A DNA stretch of 64,000 nucleotides, from contig OZ234494.1 of assembly GCA_965153455.1 (NCBI GenBank), positions 10,354,001 through 10,418,000 of the forward strand, written 5' to 3'. How positions within the stretch are numbered: position 1 is the stretch's first letter; each line of letters starts with the position of its first letter. Source of the stretch: Sphagnum compactum (taxonomy: Eukaryota). Shown in pieces: positions 14,331 to 26,714 of this stretch. The translations under genes and the position numbers were made by a program. The notes beneath the pieces are model-generated. The model worked only from the letters and a program-made list of their open reading frames with translations, was not told the DNA's origin and ran no database searches.

Positions 14331-17099
14331 TACAATGTGGCCATATTACAATTTTATCCTAGTTATTTTATTATTACAAATGAAAATTATTAATAATATA
14401 TTATATTATATATTTATATTAATTACCTTATAGTAAAAAATTAATATTTTTTTGATTTACATTCTAAAATAATATTATTTTACTACATAATAATGATGAC
14501 GACAACAATGATAATGATATTAGTATGATAGGAAAACTAATAATATGATTACTGAAATTACAACCATTTTGACTATTGAAATTATTATTATTACTATTAT
14601 TACATATTAAATTGTTTATTTTTTTTAGTCTAGGGCTCCATTTGCCCACAATACATAATGTAAAGCTCCATCAATCCTCGCATGTGCACAAAAGGCATAC
14701 ATGAAAAATTTGTCATATGCTACATCACCAACCACAAGTATGTTCAACTAAAGTAATCAATGATAACTCAACCAATGTTTACATGGTTAAGAAATCCATA
14801 TGCATTGGCATCCGTATCATAATAAAAATTAGAATGGCATGAATGAAGATTATTGGGTTTGGATGATTATACAATATATCTGTCACAAAGCCATCACATG
14901 TGACATTGTACTATGATCTCCTAAATTGCCTTCTCCTTTTTTGTTGATCATAATAATATGTTGAAATGATTCTTAAAGCAGTTGCAACATTATGTCTAGG
15001 AATTTTGTAATTGTGTCTTGCCAAACTTGCCAACACATGTTTTATTCCCCAATTCATTCCATTCAAGTCCATTGGAAACTAGTACGTTCTTGATGGCATT
15101 ACACAACTCTTCCTTTCCAAGATGGTGGTGAACATTAAAATTTTGTTATAAAACCTTTGTCATCCATTGTTTCAATTGTCATGGGTGTGTTATTCCACAT
15201 GACACAACTATGTCTTTTAGGGTGAAAGCACACTAAAATGTATTACATAATTGTATCACAATTTGATTATTTGTTATGGAATAAAAACAAATGAGTAAGA
15301 TGTCAAAAGGATTCAACAAAATGATCACATCATATCATATCATATGAATATCAAGAATGAATTTTGAGTTATCATAACATATTGAACTTTTGAAATGTTA
15401 AAATCTTGCACCATAATTCATATCATATGATTATGAATTCATTATATTTTCTAAAATGTTTAGTTGAGTATTTTTTTTGACATTGAAAGTGAATGAACAA
15501 GTTTTGCACAATTTCCAATACTAAGTCGTGAGATGTCAAGTTTGTGATGTAGTATGGACTACACATATGTTGGAAAATACTACATCTTAGTGTGTTTTCA
15601 CCTTTTAGGGGAACTTGCTCCCTTAACATTATGTGCACATAATCCATAGGATCCACACCTTCATGTTCCATGGGGACTTGCATGAACATGTCATACATTT
15701 CCCACAATAGAAAATAAGGAATTGTCATCACATTGCCATCCTATTGTCAATGTACAAATTTAAATTTTACATTTTAAATTTTCCAAGAATGTCAAAGCCT
15801 ATCGACTTCCTATAATCAAGGACAAAACATTTAAAAGCCTCAAAACACAATAAAATCTACATATGTTTGCACAAATTTTTGGCCTCACAAAATTAGTGGT
15901 ATGCACAAGTGTACAATTTTCATGAAGTGTTAACTAATTCATAGATTGCAATGTGCATATGAACATGAAAGTTACATTTCAGGAACTATTATACACAAAC
16001 AATGTAGATCTTCCAAATGAATCTTTTAATTACATTTATGCTTAATCAACAAATTGGCTAATGTAACAATAGACCAGTTTCTGACCAAAGGAAAAAAACT
16101 AACCAATTTTGAATTTATACTATTCATTTGTAGGAAATCACAAAAGAATCTCACCTAGTGTAATTGATGGCAAATCATTGTTTTATCATCTTAGTTGCAC
16201 CATCACAAAACTCCATAAATCTTATGACTATTAATTGGATATATCTAATGTTTGAACCCTAATTTCACAATTATCTCATTTGATGCCTATAGACCCATAA
16301 ACAACAACCTATATTTATTCTTAATATCAAATATTAGGCATTAAAAAGAGCAACACATTTGCTTTTCCAAATAAAAGATGAATAATTGGCCATCACTAAA
16401 ATTCAACACATGACCAAAAAAAAAATTAAAAAAATTGCAACATCTTGTTAAGAATAAAAAAGAATGTGGAAAATGGTTCAAACTAAAACATGGGTTATAA
16501 GAAAACACAAACTTTGTGAACCTTAATTCCAAAATTACAGCAATCAATGCACACCAAACCCATGAACTATAACCAAAAACTTTTTATTCTCAAATTCATT
16601 AAGCATAAGGAACCTTAACACATCCACTTTTCTAAACATAATTTGAAATAACAACATTGGTGGAACTCAACATGGGATAAAAATTGAAAAATGATGACTT
16701 GGTAACAATATGCTATGAAAATAAAGAAGGAAAAACAACCAATATTGAAACATAGGGAATAAGAAAACACGAACCTTGTAGTTTGGGACATGTAGCCTAG
16801 CATGTAAGGAAGATCATCCACATGACGATCCAACTACCTTGTAAGCCTTCTACTTGACGATGATCAAGATTTTGCCACAATTGGTGATTATGTGGTGAAG
16901 ATGACAACTTTCAAATTACAATTATTAACATATTTGCAAGGTGTACAAGATCTAAATTAAATATTAACATGTTAAAAATGAATAAACCAAAAGAACCTTG
17001 GAAATAGAGGACATTTGGATTAAACCCTAAGCTGAGATGCAAAAAATTGGCAATGAGATCATGGAATGAGGGAATCTTATTAGGAGTAGTCAATGTTAC

Positions 17100-17480
17100 A
17101 ATTTGGGGCATATGGTATGAACATTTCGGTATGTGGCGTGAGCATTTTGGCATGTGGTTTAAGCACTTTGGCTTGTCATTTACATTCATAATGTTTTTAA
17201 GTATTTTGATTTATGGTCTCGGCATTTTGGCATGTGGTTGAAGCATTTTGGTTTGTGATATCAGCATTTTGGCTGGTGGCCTAAGGTTTTAATATTTTAA
17301 AGCATTTTGACTTATGGTCTAAACATTTTAATTTGTGGTGTAAATTTTTGGCTTGTGGTGTGAACATTTTGGCTTTATGGTATGAACAATTTGGCATGTG
17401 GTTTAAACCTTCTGATTTGTGGTGTAAAATTATGATGTTTTAAAAACATTTTGGTATTTGGTTGAAGCATTTTGGCTTTA
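17100..17480. repeat. Minisatellite, ~21-22 bp unit (agcattttggcatgtggttta-like)
   Basis: More than 10 degenerate cattttgg(c/t)(a/t)tgtgg units. Confidence 0.85.
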
Positions 17481-17805
17481 AGGTTTAGACCATAAGTCAA
17501 AGTGTTGAGGGCTACTAAAGTTGCCATTAAGGTAAGACAATTGACCATGGAAACAACACAAATGACATAGTGTGTATTTTTTCAAACATTTCTTAAGGTA
17601 TTAGTCAAATGTCTTGAGACTTGGAAAAGAATCATGTTCCATAGTTCATAAGAAAATTACAATAGACATATTTTGCACCAACAAAACAAATATGTTTTGT
17701 GATCCTCACAAGAAATGTCCTCCTCCGGTATAGAGCACAACAAGCACATGTCAAACACAAAAAATATAAAAATATAAAAATAACCAGAAACCGCGCACTA
17801 CCTCA

Positions 17806-17926
17806 AACAATACAATTATTCCAATAATGCCTTCAACCCTAAACCCTAAACCTGGTGCCCTAAACCCTAAACCCTAAACCTGGTGGTGCCTGGAACAATA
17901 CAATTATTCCAATAATGCCTTCAACC
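17806..17926. repeat. 33-bp direct repeats bracketing five CCCTAAA telomere units
   Basis: aacaatacaattattccaataatgccttcaacc at 17806-17838 and 17894-17926, with (CCCTAAA)2-cctggtg-(CCCTAAA)3 between. Confidence 0.9.
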
Positions 17927-19192
17927 TGGGGCCTTACCTACCAGTTGACCAACCCCTCCAAATGAGAGCTAAGAAGAGTTCAACTGTAAAGCCCACATTC
18001 TCTCATGCAGATTCTGCACATAACAGGAAGCATACTATTGCACCTCGTTACACCTTGGCACAGTTCTCATGTCGTTTCACCTTGCCACACTGGCTGATTA
18101 TGGCCTGTATTTTCCCTGGCCATCCGATTCTGCCTTTATTATTAGGGCACAAAAGAGGGCAGAACAGATACCATACACCTATGCCTGATGTTTGGCACAC
18201 TTCTTTGCCAAATAATTATGTATTTAAAAAATGAGGTTTGGCAGTTTCAAGAATTAATTTTTCAGAATTTCAACAAGTTGAGGAATAAGTATGCAAAATA
18301 CCGTATCTTGTGTGGCGCATTTCTCATAATAACCCAGTGGTTTTTGCAATTTTCGACAATTTCGAGAAATATCAATAAAATTTTCTCTCTTTTTTGGCAA
18401 AACCTTTTGCCAATTATTTTGTGCCAAAACATCAGTCATAGGTACAGTACCTCCAGGCATTCCATGACCTTCCAGATTCACCCACCACCCGGATCAAGTA
18501 CGCCAATTGGGAACACGAGCGACCGGCGGAGCCGGTGGAAACTCACCAGTAGGCTCGGATACGCCGGTCGCCGGTTGGCTCTGTTTGAATCCAAATGCTC
18601 AATGGACGGCAGTATAGCGGCGCTATTCGTTTACCGGAGAATCCAGTCACCTGTGGGGACCGCCCGGGTGCCAGCCCGGGCATGTGGACCCCTGGGGGCT
18701 TCGTCTCCTCTTCGTCGTAGTCCGCAAGCTTTCTTCTCTTCAGGCAGGCACGCAGAGTGCTGCACTCGCCTCTTCCTCGTGTTCTCGCAGCGGGAGTGGA
18801 AGGCGGCGCCGCGCCGCTGGTGCCCCCACCTTGTCCGTCGCTTTCATCTCATCAGCGTTCTGTTTTCGATACCACCCCTTTTCCAGAATCAACTTCTCAA
18901 GTTGGAAAACTTCGTCGGTTTGAAGAGAGATCTAAAGAGAGACACGAGAGACTAAAACAGGAAGGAGTGGGGGGGGGATACGAGATCCGATCTATTGCAG
19001 TTCCGTTACGGATTCGTGGCTTGTTTGTTTAGCAGGCTTGAAAAGCGAAGAGGATTGGGCAGTGCTTTTTTTTTCAGGAGGTCGAATTGCGCAACGGGCC
19101 TGCTGTATTTGCTCTTCAACTTATTTAGGGCTTGGGTGGGTTGGAGTTCGGCGTCGTCAGACGAGGCAGATCTGGGGATTGCAGGGTGAGAT

Positions 19193-20052
19193 ATGGTGAG
19201 AGGGTTTGTGCAAGAGCATGTGTACAAGCATCCATGGGAGCGGGTGACGGCTGCGAACTGGCGTAAGTACACGGACACGGAGCACAAGTCGCTGCTGTCG
19301 CATGTTGTGGAGGTGGATACCATAGAGAGAACACTGGATAAATCACGTGGCGAGCTTCACAGCACTCGTGCTATAACTGTAAATGCTCCTGGGCCTTGGT
19401 GGTTACAGCGGCTTATGGGAGACACGGTTTGCCATTGCTTGGAGCAGTCTACAGTTAATGCCGGTAAGCTCATCCATGGTACCCTAGGGTTTGGATTGTG
19501 GAAGGTTTGCAGCTATTGTAGTTTTCTCTGGACTTTCACACCCAAAGAAGAATCAAATTTGTCCCCTGAGGTTGGATTCTTGCATGGAGTTTTCTCTCTT
19601 AACCAGGTTGGTGTGATGGTCGTGTCATGCTGTTGACCTACATCGTACAATTTTCTTTGAGATGCGAATTGATGTGTTTGTTCTTGGTCTTACCAAGAAA
19701 AGGACATGGCACTGGCATTTGGAAATTTATCATGACTGAAAATGTCTGAGTGAAATTTTGTGCAGGCACACGCACAATGGAGATGGTGACTAGGAACATG
19801 ACTCTGAAGGATTTTGTAGAGGTAGAAGAGAAATGTTGGTATAAACCGCATCCAGAAAATCCAGAGTGGACAGTTTTTAGGCAAGAGACTAACATAACAT
19901 GTGCTACGCTATCAGCTTTGGCATCGATGGCAGAGAAGATTGAACAAAAGTGTGCTGAGAGGTTCCAGCAGAATAGTGCACATGGTCGGGATGTTATGGA
20001 GAAGGTGTGCTCATTTCTAGAAAGAACAGAGGCTGCTGGTGTCACTTTGTAG
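19193..20052 (+). CDS. PRELI/MSF1-domain mitochondrial intermembrane-space lipid transfer protein (Ups2/PRELID3-like), 185 aa
   Basis: Exons 19193-19463 and 19766-20052 with a GT-AG intron and intact frame. Motifs QEHVYKHPWERVTAANWRKY, SHVVEVDT, TRNMTL..VEEKCWYKPHPENP, AEKIEQKCAERFQQNS. Confidence 0.92.
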
Positions 20053-23000
20053 CATCTGCACTCTTCATAATTGCTCTCTTCCTCTCTTGGGTCTGGCTGG
20101 TCTCCTTTTCACTAAACCCTAAGCCTAAGCATTCTTCATCCTCTGACCTCTTAGTTGTTAGGTTGCTCATGTTTCTTCCCAACAGTATCATGATGTTGGA
20201 TAGGTGATTTCCTCTTCTCTGTCTCCCTCCTTTAGTTAGTCTCTGCATTCTTTGCACATTGTGCAACATTTTTTTGGGAATTTTTGCTTCAATGGCAAGC
20301 TCAGGCCTAAAGACTCTTTAGGCTTTTAAAAGAAGATTTTGTACGTGACTAGTCAACCTATAATATTCTCATGAAGGTTGAATTTGTGTATGATTGTTGC
20401 TGGTGGTCAAATCACTTGACAGTTTTTGCTTTTGGTCTTGTTTCTCTTTCTGTAAGGTTGGGTTTCCTCTTTTTCATCCTTGCTGATGGGTTGCTGTTAC
20501 AATGTCTGATCTGAGATAGCTATAACCCAAACATTGGGCTGTCTCTCAGATCTTTCCAAGTCATCTTAGATTGTATGTAGGGAGAAGTTGTCAGTACCTA
20601 TGATGATTATTATATACTCTCAGAGGTATTGAGCAATCAAATCCAGGTTTCTCTTCTGAACACAGCAGTTTATACAGTTTGATAGTCATGTCACATTTTA
20701 ATTTGTGCATGGTAGTCTAATGTTTGACTCTCTCTGCTTCGATGACTGGATTGGGCTTGTGTCTTGGTTGGATTTCTGTTCTCACCCCTAACAACCTGAT
20801 TCCATCATCATAGCTTTTGCCAACTTCAACTCAAAATTGGTGGCACCACAGGCCATTTGACACGGTTTGGAATGGACATGGATTTATTTTTCACAAGCCC
20901 CTCATCCAGCAATCAGCATTGATATGTGGTTGGGGAGGCCTGTGAAAACAATGCCAGGCCCAATCATGTTTTGTTGATGGGTACAGGTTGACTGCAGACC
21001 TACTGCTCAATGGGATCAAATCATGCTGTTCGCTGGCTGCTGGCCCACCCTCTCATGACAAGAGCTGCTCATTGGACTATTTACGATCCATTAGGTGGGA
21101 CATTGAACCATATCACACTTTGCACTGCTGCAACAAAGCAGACACAATCAGCCATGTCATGTAAGTGCCACATTCACACACTTTAGAATCAAGTGTATTG
21201 GAACCTCATACAGACCAGAGACCAAGAGTTCATGTAAATGCTAGCAAATGGATACTTAGCAAAGACCCACCCAGAAAGGAAATGTTTGACAATTTCCAAA
21301 CCATATCATATTGTATGAGACCTGGGTTCAGTTGATGATTGTGTCAAGGTGGCAAGTTTCTCTAGTCTCTCTGAGCAGCATCTCAATCCTGATCCTCAGA
21401 TAATCCAAAATCAAATTGTGGGCATGCACAGCTGCACAAGTTTAACAGATACTGCAAAAGCTCTGGAAATGTGGAATCTGTATAAGCACTTTCCTCATCC
21501 CAAAGCATGGTTTTTTTTTCCTAAAATCCAATTCTAATTTGAAAACATCTCATGTGGGTGTTTTTGTGACCACTATCTCTAGATCCTTGGAAGCTGACTG
21601 CAAACCATTAGAGTCATTGCAACATCCTTATTCAGTCTTATACTGTCTTTGTGGGCTTGGGAGGTTCCCAGTTCCCATTTTAGTCACATTAATCAAGTCA
21701 CATAAACATAAAAATAGCAGACTATAACTAAAATATAACAACATGACATGTAAGAAAATGTAAGATCAAACAGAAATTTTGTATTTTAATTTCTTAGAAA
21801 TAGAATGTAACTAGTGTATATTTGATGTTTAAATTAATATAAAATTTTAATTTGAAATTAAAAACAGAAGAAAAACTGACTTGTTTTATAAAATGAAAGC
21901 CATGTGAGAATTAACTACCTAATTTCAAAAGTGAAATTCCTTTCATTGTAAGATTTTTGTAAGTAAATTTTAGTATAATTATTCTAATTTCTAAAATTCC
22001 CAAATAAAAATAAAAATATTAATGTAATTTAGTAACATTTGGAAAAATAGAATTCAATTAAATGAAAATTCAAATGTATTAAATTTTAATTAAAGATATT
22101 TAAAATTAATGGCATTGTAAAATTTTATGTAATTATTGAACTAACAATTGATTAAGTTGAATAATCATATTAAATATGTACATGAGTAAACGGTTTCATC
22201 ATGAAATATGGTAATAAGGTTGTCATGTGTAATATTAAAAAAAATGCATGTTTATAAATTTTGCGATAAAAATTTAAATCATCATGCAATTGATGGGCAG
22301 ATGTTAAAGGTCTTGGGTTGTGACCAAGGAGATGACAGTTCAAACTCCATTTTGGATTAGGGTTTTGTTTTTCAATTTTCAATTTTTCAATCGAAGTGGT
22401 GATCTCTGCATGAAATGATTTGGTCAGAAAATTTTAAAAATAGGAAAAAAGAAAACAAAACTAGCATTGTTCTATATTTTTGGTCACCTTTTGGAATTTG
22501 GAATAGAATCTAGTAATTTATTTTTAAAAAGTAAATCTGTTTCTTGAAATTTAGCAACTAAGAAACTAAAACAACATTAAATTTTGTCATTTTGAAAAAT
22601 AAATTGACATTTGAAAAACTTTCACCAAAAAACAAACCCTACTTTGAACATGTTGGGATCATGACATTATGATGATGACTTGTCACGAGTTTGTTTAATA
22701 ATTGAAAATCAACTTTAAAAATATAAATAAATAAATTTCACCAATGATGATCTTTATCAAAGTTGGTTTAGGTAGGATAACATTATGTTCCAATAGTCAT
22801 TGTACACTAGACAATTATAATGTGGAATTTTCTCATCATTGGATTCCAATTTGGAATCATAAAAAAAATAGAAATTTATAAAACATCACTATTGGTTTTT
22901 GTGTTGTTTCACATCTTTCCTTTTTTTCTATTTTCAAGATATGGACATTCACAAACATGTAGCTTTATGATTTAGTCTTGTTTTTTGCATGCCAACAAAT

Positions 23001-24904
23001 CTCCTCTTACAATAAGAGTTATTGTTGGTAAGACAAGGAAAGATGCAAAGAAAGTAGGAAAGTCATACAATGATTCAACAATAGATGCCACACCACTATT
23101 GCAACAAGAAAGAAAAAAGAACACATGAGATGTTAATCACCCATGTTGTTTATGCACGAGGTGGGAAAGGTGGCTTGTGGAGCAATAGTAGTGATCCTAC
23201 TCCTTTCAGAGACTTATTCCAAGTTGAAGAAGAAGAAAAGCACCTTAGCCGTGCAACTATTGATGTGAGAGAGATTGCAAACTCTCTTTGTCATAACTCA
23301 CATCGTCTTATCATCTTTGCACTGTTGTTTACAAAACAAAAAAAGCATTGAGTTGTCATCCCTATCTCTCCTCCTCCTTTGTACACATCCATCAAGAGTT
23401 CAAATTAAAAGAAGTAACAAAACTATTCAAAGTAATAAGTTTATCAAAAGGACATTAGCAAAAGAAGTAACATAATCTCAAGCAACAAACATGATCAATT
23501 CCCACAACAAGCATGATTTCACAACATGAATGTGTTTTTCAAAGCCTTGAAAGAAAAAGAACCAGTGGTGGCACCTATGAATGTGAATCATAATGTGGTC
23601 TTCATTATCATTACTACCAAATTAGAATAACTACCTTCAATAATGATTTCTAGGTACACTTGTTGTGTTGTTCTATTCTTGCAATCTATAATTTGTTTTG
23701 ACTATTTTGTTTGCTTGAATGGTTATTTATTCAATCACTTTTTTTTAGCTTTTAGGGCACCTTAAACCTTAAGCCCATTACCCAAATTGCTTGATTTTCC
23801 TTTCTGATGGTTAACTTTTTTTATTCAACAATTTTTAAGGCATTTAAAACCCTAAGCCAATTACCTTGTATTATGTTTTTTCCTTTATGATGTATATTTT
23901 TGATTCGGCAACATCTAAGGAACCTTAAACCCTAAACCAAAATTACTAACATTATGTTTTCTTTTGTGATGTATAACTTCTTATTTCACAAGCATCCCTG
24001 ACAAATACTCACAACAAATGAATTACTTTAGCACTTGAAATTTGATAACAAGATTTGTGCCACTATCACCTTTTCCAATTTTTATTTATTAATTAATTTG
24101 GTTCACGAATTCATGATTGAAAATGTTGAATTTGAACAACATGGGAAAGAATAATAGCTTTTCAAAACTCTTTTTGATATTTTTGCCATGTTTATTATGT
24201 TTTGGACTATGGGTTGTAGATTTGTTATTGCAAATGTGTTTTTGTAGTTTGTTGTAGAGGGAAAAAAAGGATTTGTAGCAAAAAATTCACTTTGGAAACA
24301 AAGGAGATCTTCATTTCTATTTGTTTGCTCAATGGTTGTAGATATTAATCCTATAGCAACTAAGGTGATTTAGTTGTCATTCTTCTTTGATGTTCAGTTG
24401 ATCTATGTTTTTGTTCTAGGTATACAGATTATTAAAACATGTAATTCTGCCATCATTTTCTTTGATGAGTTTGTTACAATTCATTGCATGGTTGTTGTTG
24501 TACATGTGAATCCTAAAAGTAGATATTTTACTTATCCAACATGCATGTTTATTGTCCATTTGTTTCAATCTTTTTGTTTGTGCATACATGAAACCTAGAG
24601 ATATTGACTTAACCCTAATTTACCATTTGTTCTTTTTGATGTTTTGTTTCAATTTGTTGTTTGTTTGTACTATGTTGTCTATTGGTCCTTTGTCATAGTC
24701 CATTTTTCTTCATGCTTTGTTTCAAGATATGCTGCACAAACTAAGGAGTTGGAACCAATTTATGAATTTTACAAATCAAGTTGTTGGTGTATTGTTTTTA
24801 AAGATTCATGAATAGTTTGAAGGCAATCAACCATATTGTTGTGCATTGATATTCATTAGTGCACAAATTCTCTTGCCATCAAAATCTAAAATCTATTTGT
24901 GTTG

Positions 24905-26370
24905 TTGGGGATTTGCAAATGGGGAGGTGGAAGAATTGATGGCCAAGAAAAGGCAACATGTTTTCTTCTTCTTCCTTTGGAGGCATTGTTTTACCAACTG
25001 TAGATGTTGATTGTATGGGAATGATTTTATTTGGTTATTGTCTTGGATATGTCCACATTCTCCCTAACAAAAACACCCATCCATCCCATTTGCTTCAATA
25101 ATAACCTAAGAGTATCAAGTTTGCCCTATTACACACCTTTCATGCATTCATAGATTTGAAACAAATGTTTTTTTCTTGTTTTCATGCCCTAATTCATCAC
25201 TCCATATCTTTGGATGGTGGAGCCCACTTTAAATGATGAACAAGATTCAATTGAATTGATGCAAATTGGTGAATGGAACATTAGAGTACATTGTAAGAAA
25301 CTAGAAATTTGTAGTGGATCATGTTTTTCAAGGTATTTTTTTGGCATTGGAAACACATTTTTCTATAACGTAGAATTAGTGAATTGAAAAGTTTAGATTT
25401 TTGAAAGGATTGTTAGATCTACTAAATTGTTGTAAACTATTTATGTTGAATCCTTTAGTCAAGGTCTAACTTTCAACAAAAAAAATCTTTGAGCTTTGAA
25501 CATTATCTAAGTTTTTGGGATGTGTTGATGACAAATGTTTTGATTTTACCTTTGTATGGGTGGTGAATTCAATGTTAGTCAATGCTATAGTGAGTCCATT
25601 CACTAGAAGATCATTCGTTGATAAAATAGGTTGTCGACACACCTTCCAACTAAATGCCATTACTCTTCTTATTAGCACCCTTTCGAGGTCATTAATTTTT
25701 TGGCTTTTTTTTTCCCCTAGAATATGTTTTAGTCTTGGAACTTTTTACTATGAAGAAGCTTGTGATAACTTTAATATGGTCATGTGGTTTTAAAAGTAAC
25801 ATCATGCCATGTTGTGTGTACATGGAATAGTTGAAAAGTGCAACAATGTGAAAGATTGAACATTATCGTGTCATTTGCTAATTGATTGATATGTTGTAAA
25901 ATTTGTGTGGAGTATTGCAAATGTTGCTAGTTTTGAACCAATGGTTATAAGGTGGATCTTGGTGGGGCTTGGCATAAGATGACTGGTTGAAAATGAAAAC
26001 CCATGTTGTATGTGATAACAACTTGTGCCTTACAAAAAACATGTTATGTATTTGTTTAAGGGTTGAATTGCTTGATGTAACATCTACATTTCATGGTTGA
26101 CTTATTGATAATGTGATAAATCTTTTGAAATATGTTAATGTAATGTCATTAATGATGGAAAGTTTATCAACAACAAGTACCATGATATTTATCTTGTAAC
26201 ACTTGTTGAACCCATTCCACTAGATGCCTTTTCTTTGTAGGTTTCTTTGCCTTAACTACCATTTCATGTAGACTACCTCTTAAGTTGACAATTCCTTGGT
26301 AGCCAAATTATGATAATCAACCCTTAATCCTAAATGCCCTTTTTTTTTCTAGGGATGATTCTTTTGCAAG
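24905..26370 (+). pseudogene. Plastidic glucose transporter (pGlcT-type MFS) pseudogene with introns retained
   Basis: Collinear exon relics: SFGGIVLPTVDVDCMGMILFGYCLG (~24973-25046), VNGTLEYIVRN*KFVVDHVFQG (~25269-25332), WVVNSML..FVDKIGCRHTFQLNAITLLI (~25557-25687), MVIRWILVGLGI (~25940-25978). These match the pGlcT pattern SSGTVLPFVGVACLGAILFGYHLG/VNGALEYLAKDLG/ADKFGRTRTFQLDAIP. In-frame stop and a broken donor; 3' half not found. Confidence 0.8.
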
Positions 26371-26419
26371 AATCAAAGATATGTAGTCAAATAACAGTAT
26401 TGGAAATAATGTCCATTTC

Positions 26420-26714
26420 CACTACAACCTTCCACCCAACTAGTTTTTGGGTGAAAAACACAATCACGAAACAATGTGATGGGAAAACTAGATCATGAAT
26501 TTTCACTAGAATGGATGGTGAATGGACAATTTCCATTGAATTTCCCTCCTATCCGTGCATAATGGGGACTGAATGGGGGTATGGTGGATGTGGAAATTTA
26601 TTTATGGAATTCCCAAAAAACATTGGGTTATTCTTGATGTTCGTTCACAAAATTTTCATTTGAAGTTTGAAATTCCATGGATCAATGGAAATACACGATG
26701 GAAATTACATAGTG
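26420..26714. mobile_element. Small CACTA-ended element (tentative)
   Basis: cactacaaccttcca..tggaaattacatagtg with repeated tggaa/ttcca internal motifs; no TSD. Confidence 0.35.

Noticed and set aside
17100..17480. Possible CRISPR-like array
   Set aside because: Degenerate head-to-tail units without unique spacers, in a eukaryotic context with no cas genes.
17837..17880. Telomerase RNA template candidate
   Set aside because: Multiple tandem units rather than a single ~1.5-repeat template, and no clear USE/TATA Pol III promoter seen.
18511..18549. ggaaactcaccag resembles a short 18S rRNA or RNase P/MRP motif
   Set aside because: Only ~13 nt of similarity; flanks do not fit either RNA.
18188..18955. 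255-aa ORF upstream of the PRELI gene
   Set aside because: Runs across AT-rich and then GC-rich promoter/leader sequence; no recognisable family or coding-like composition.
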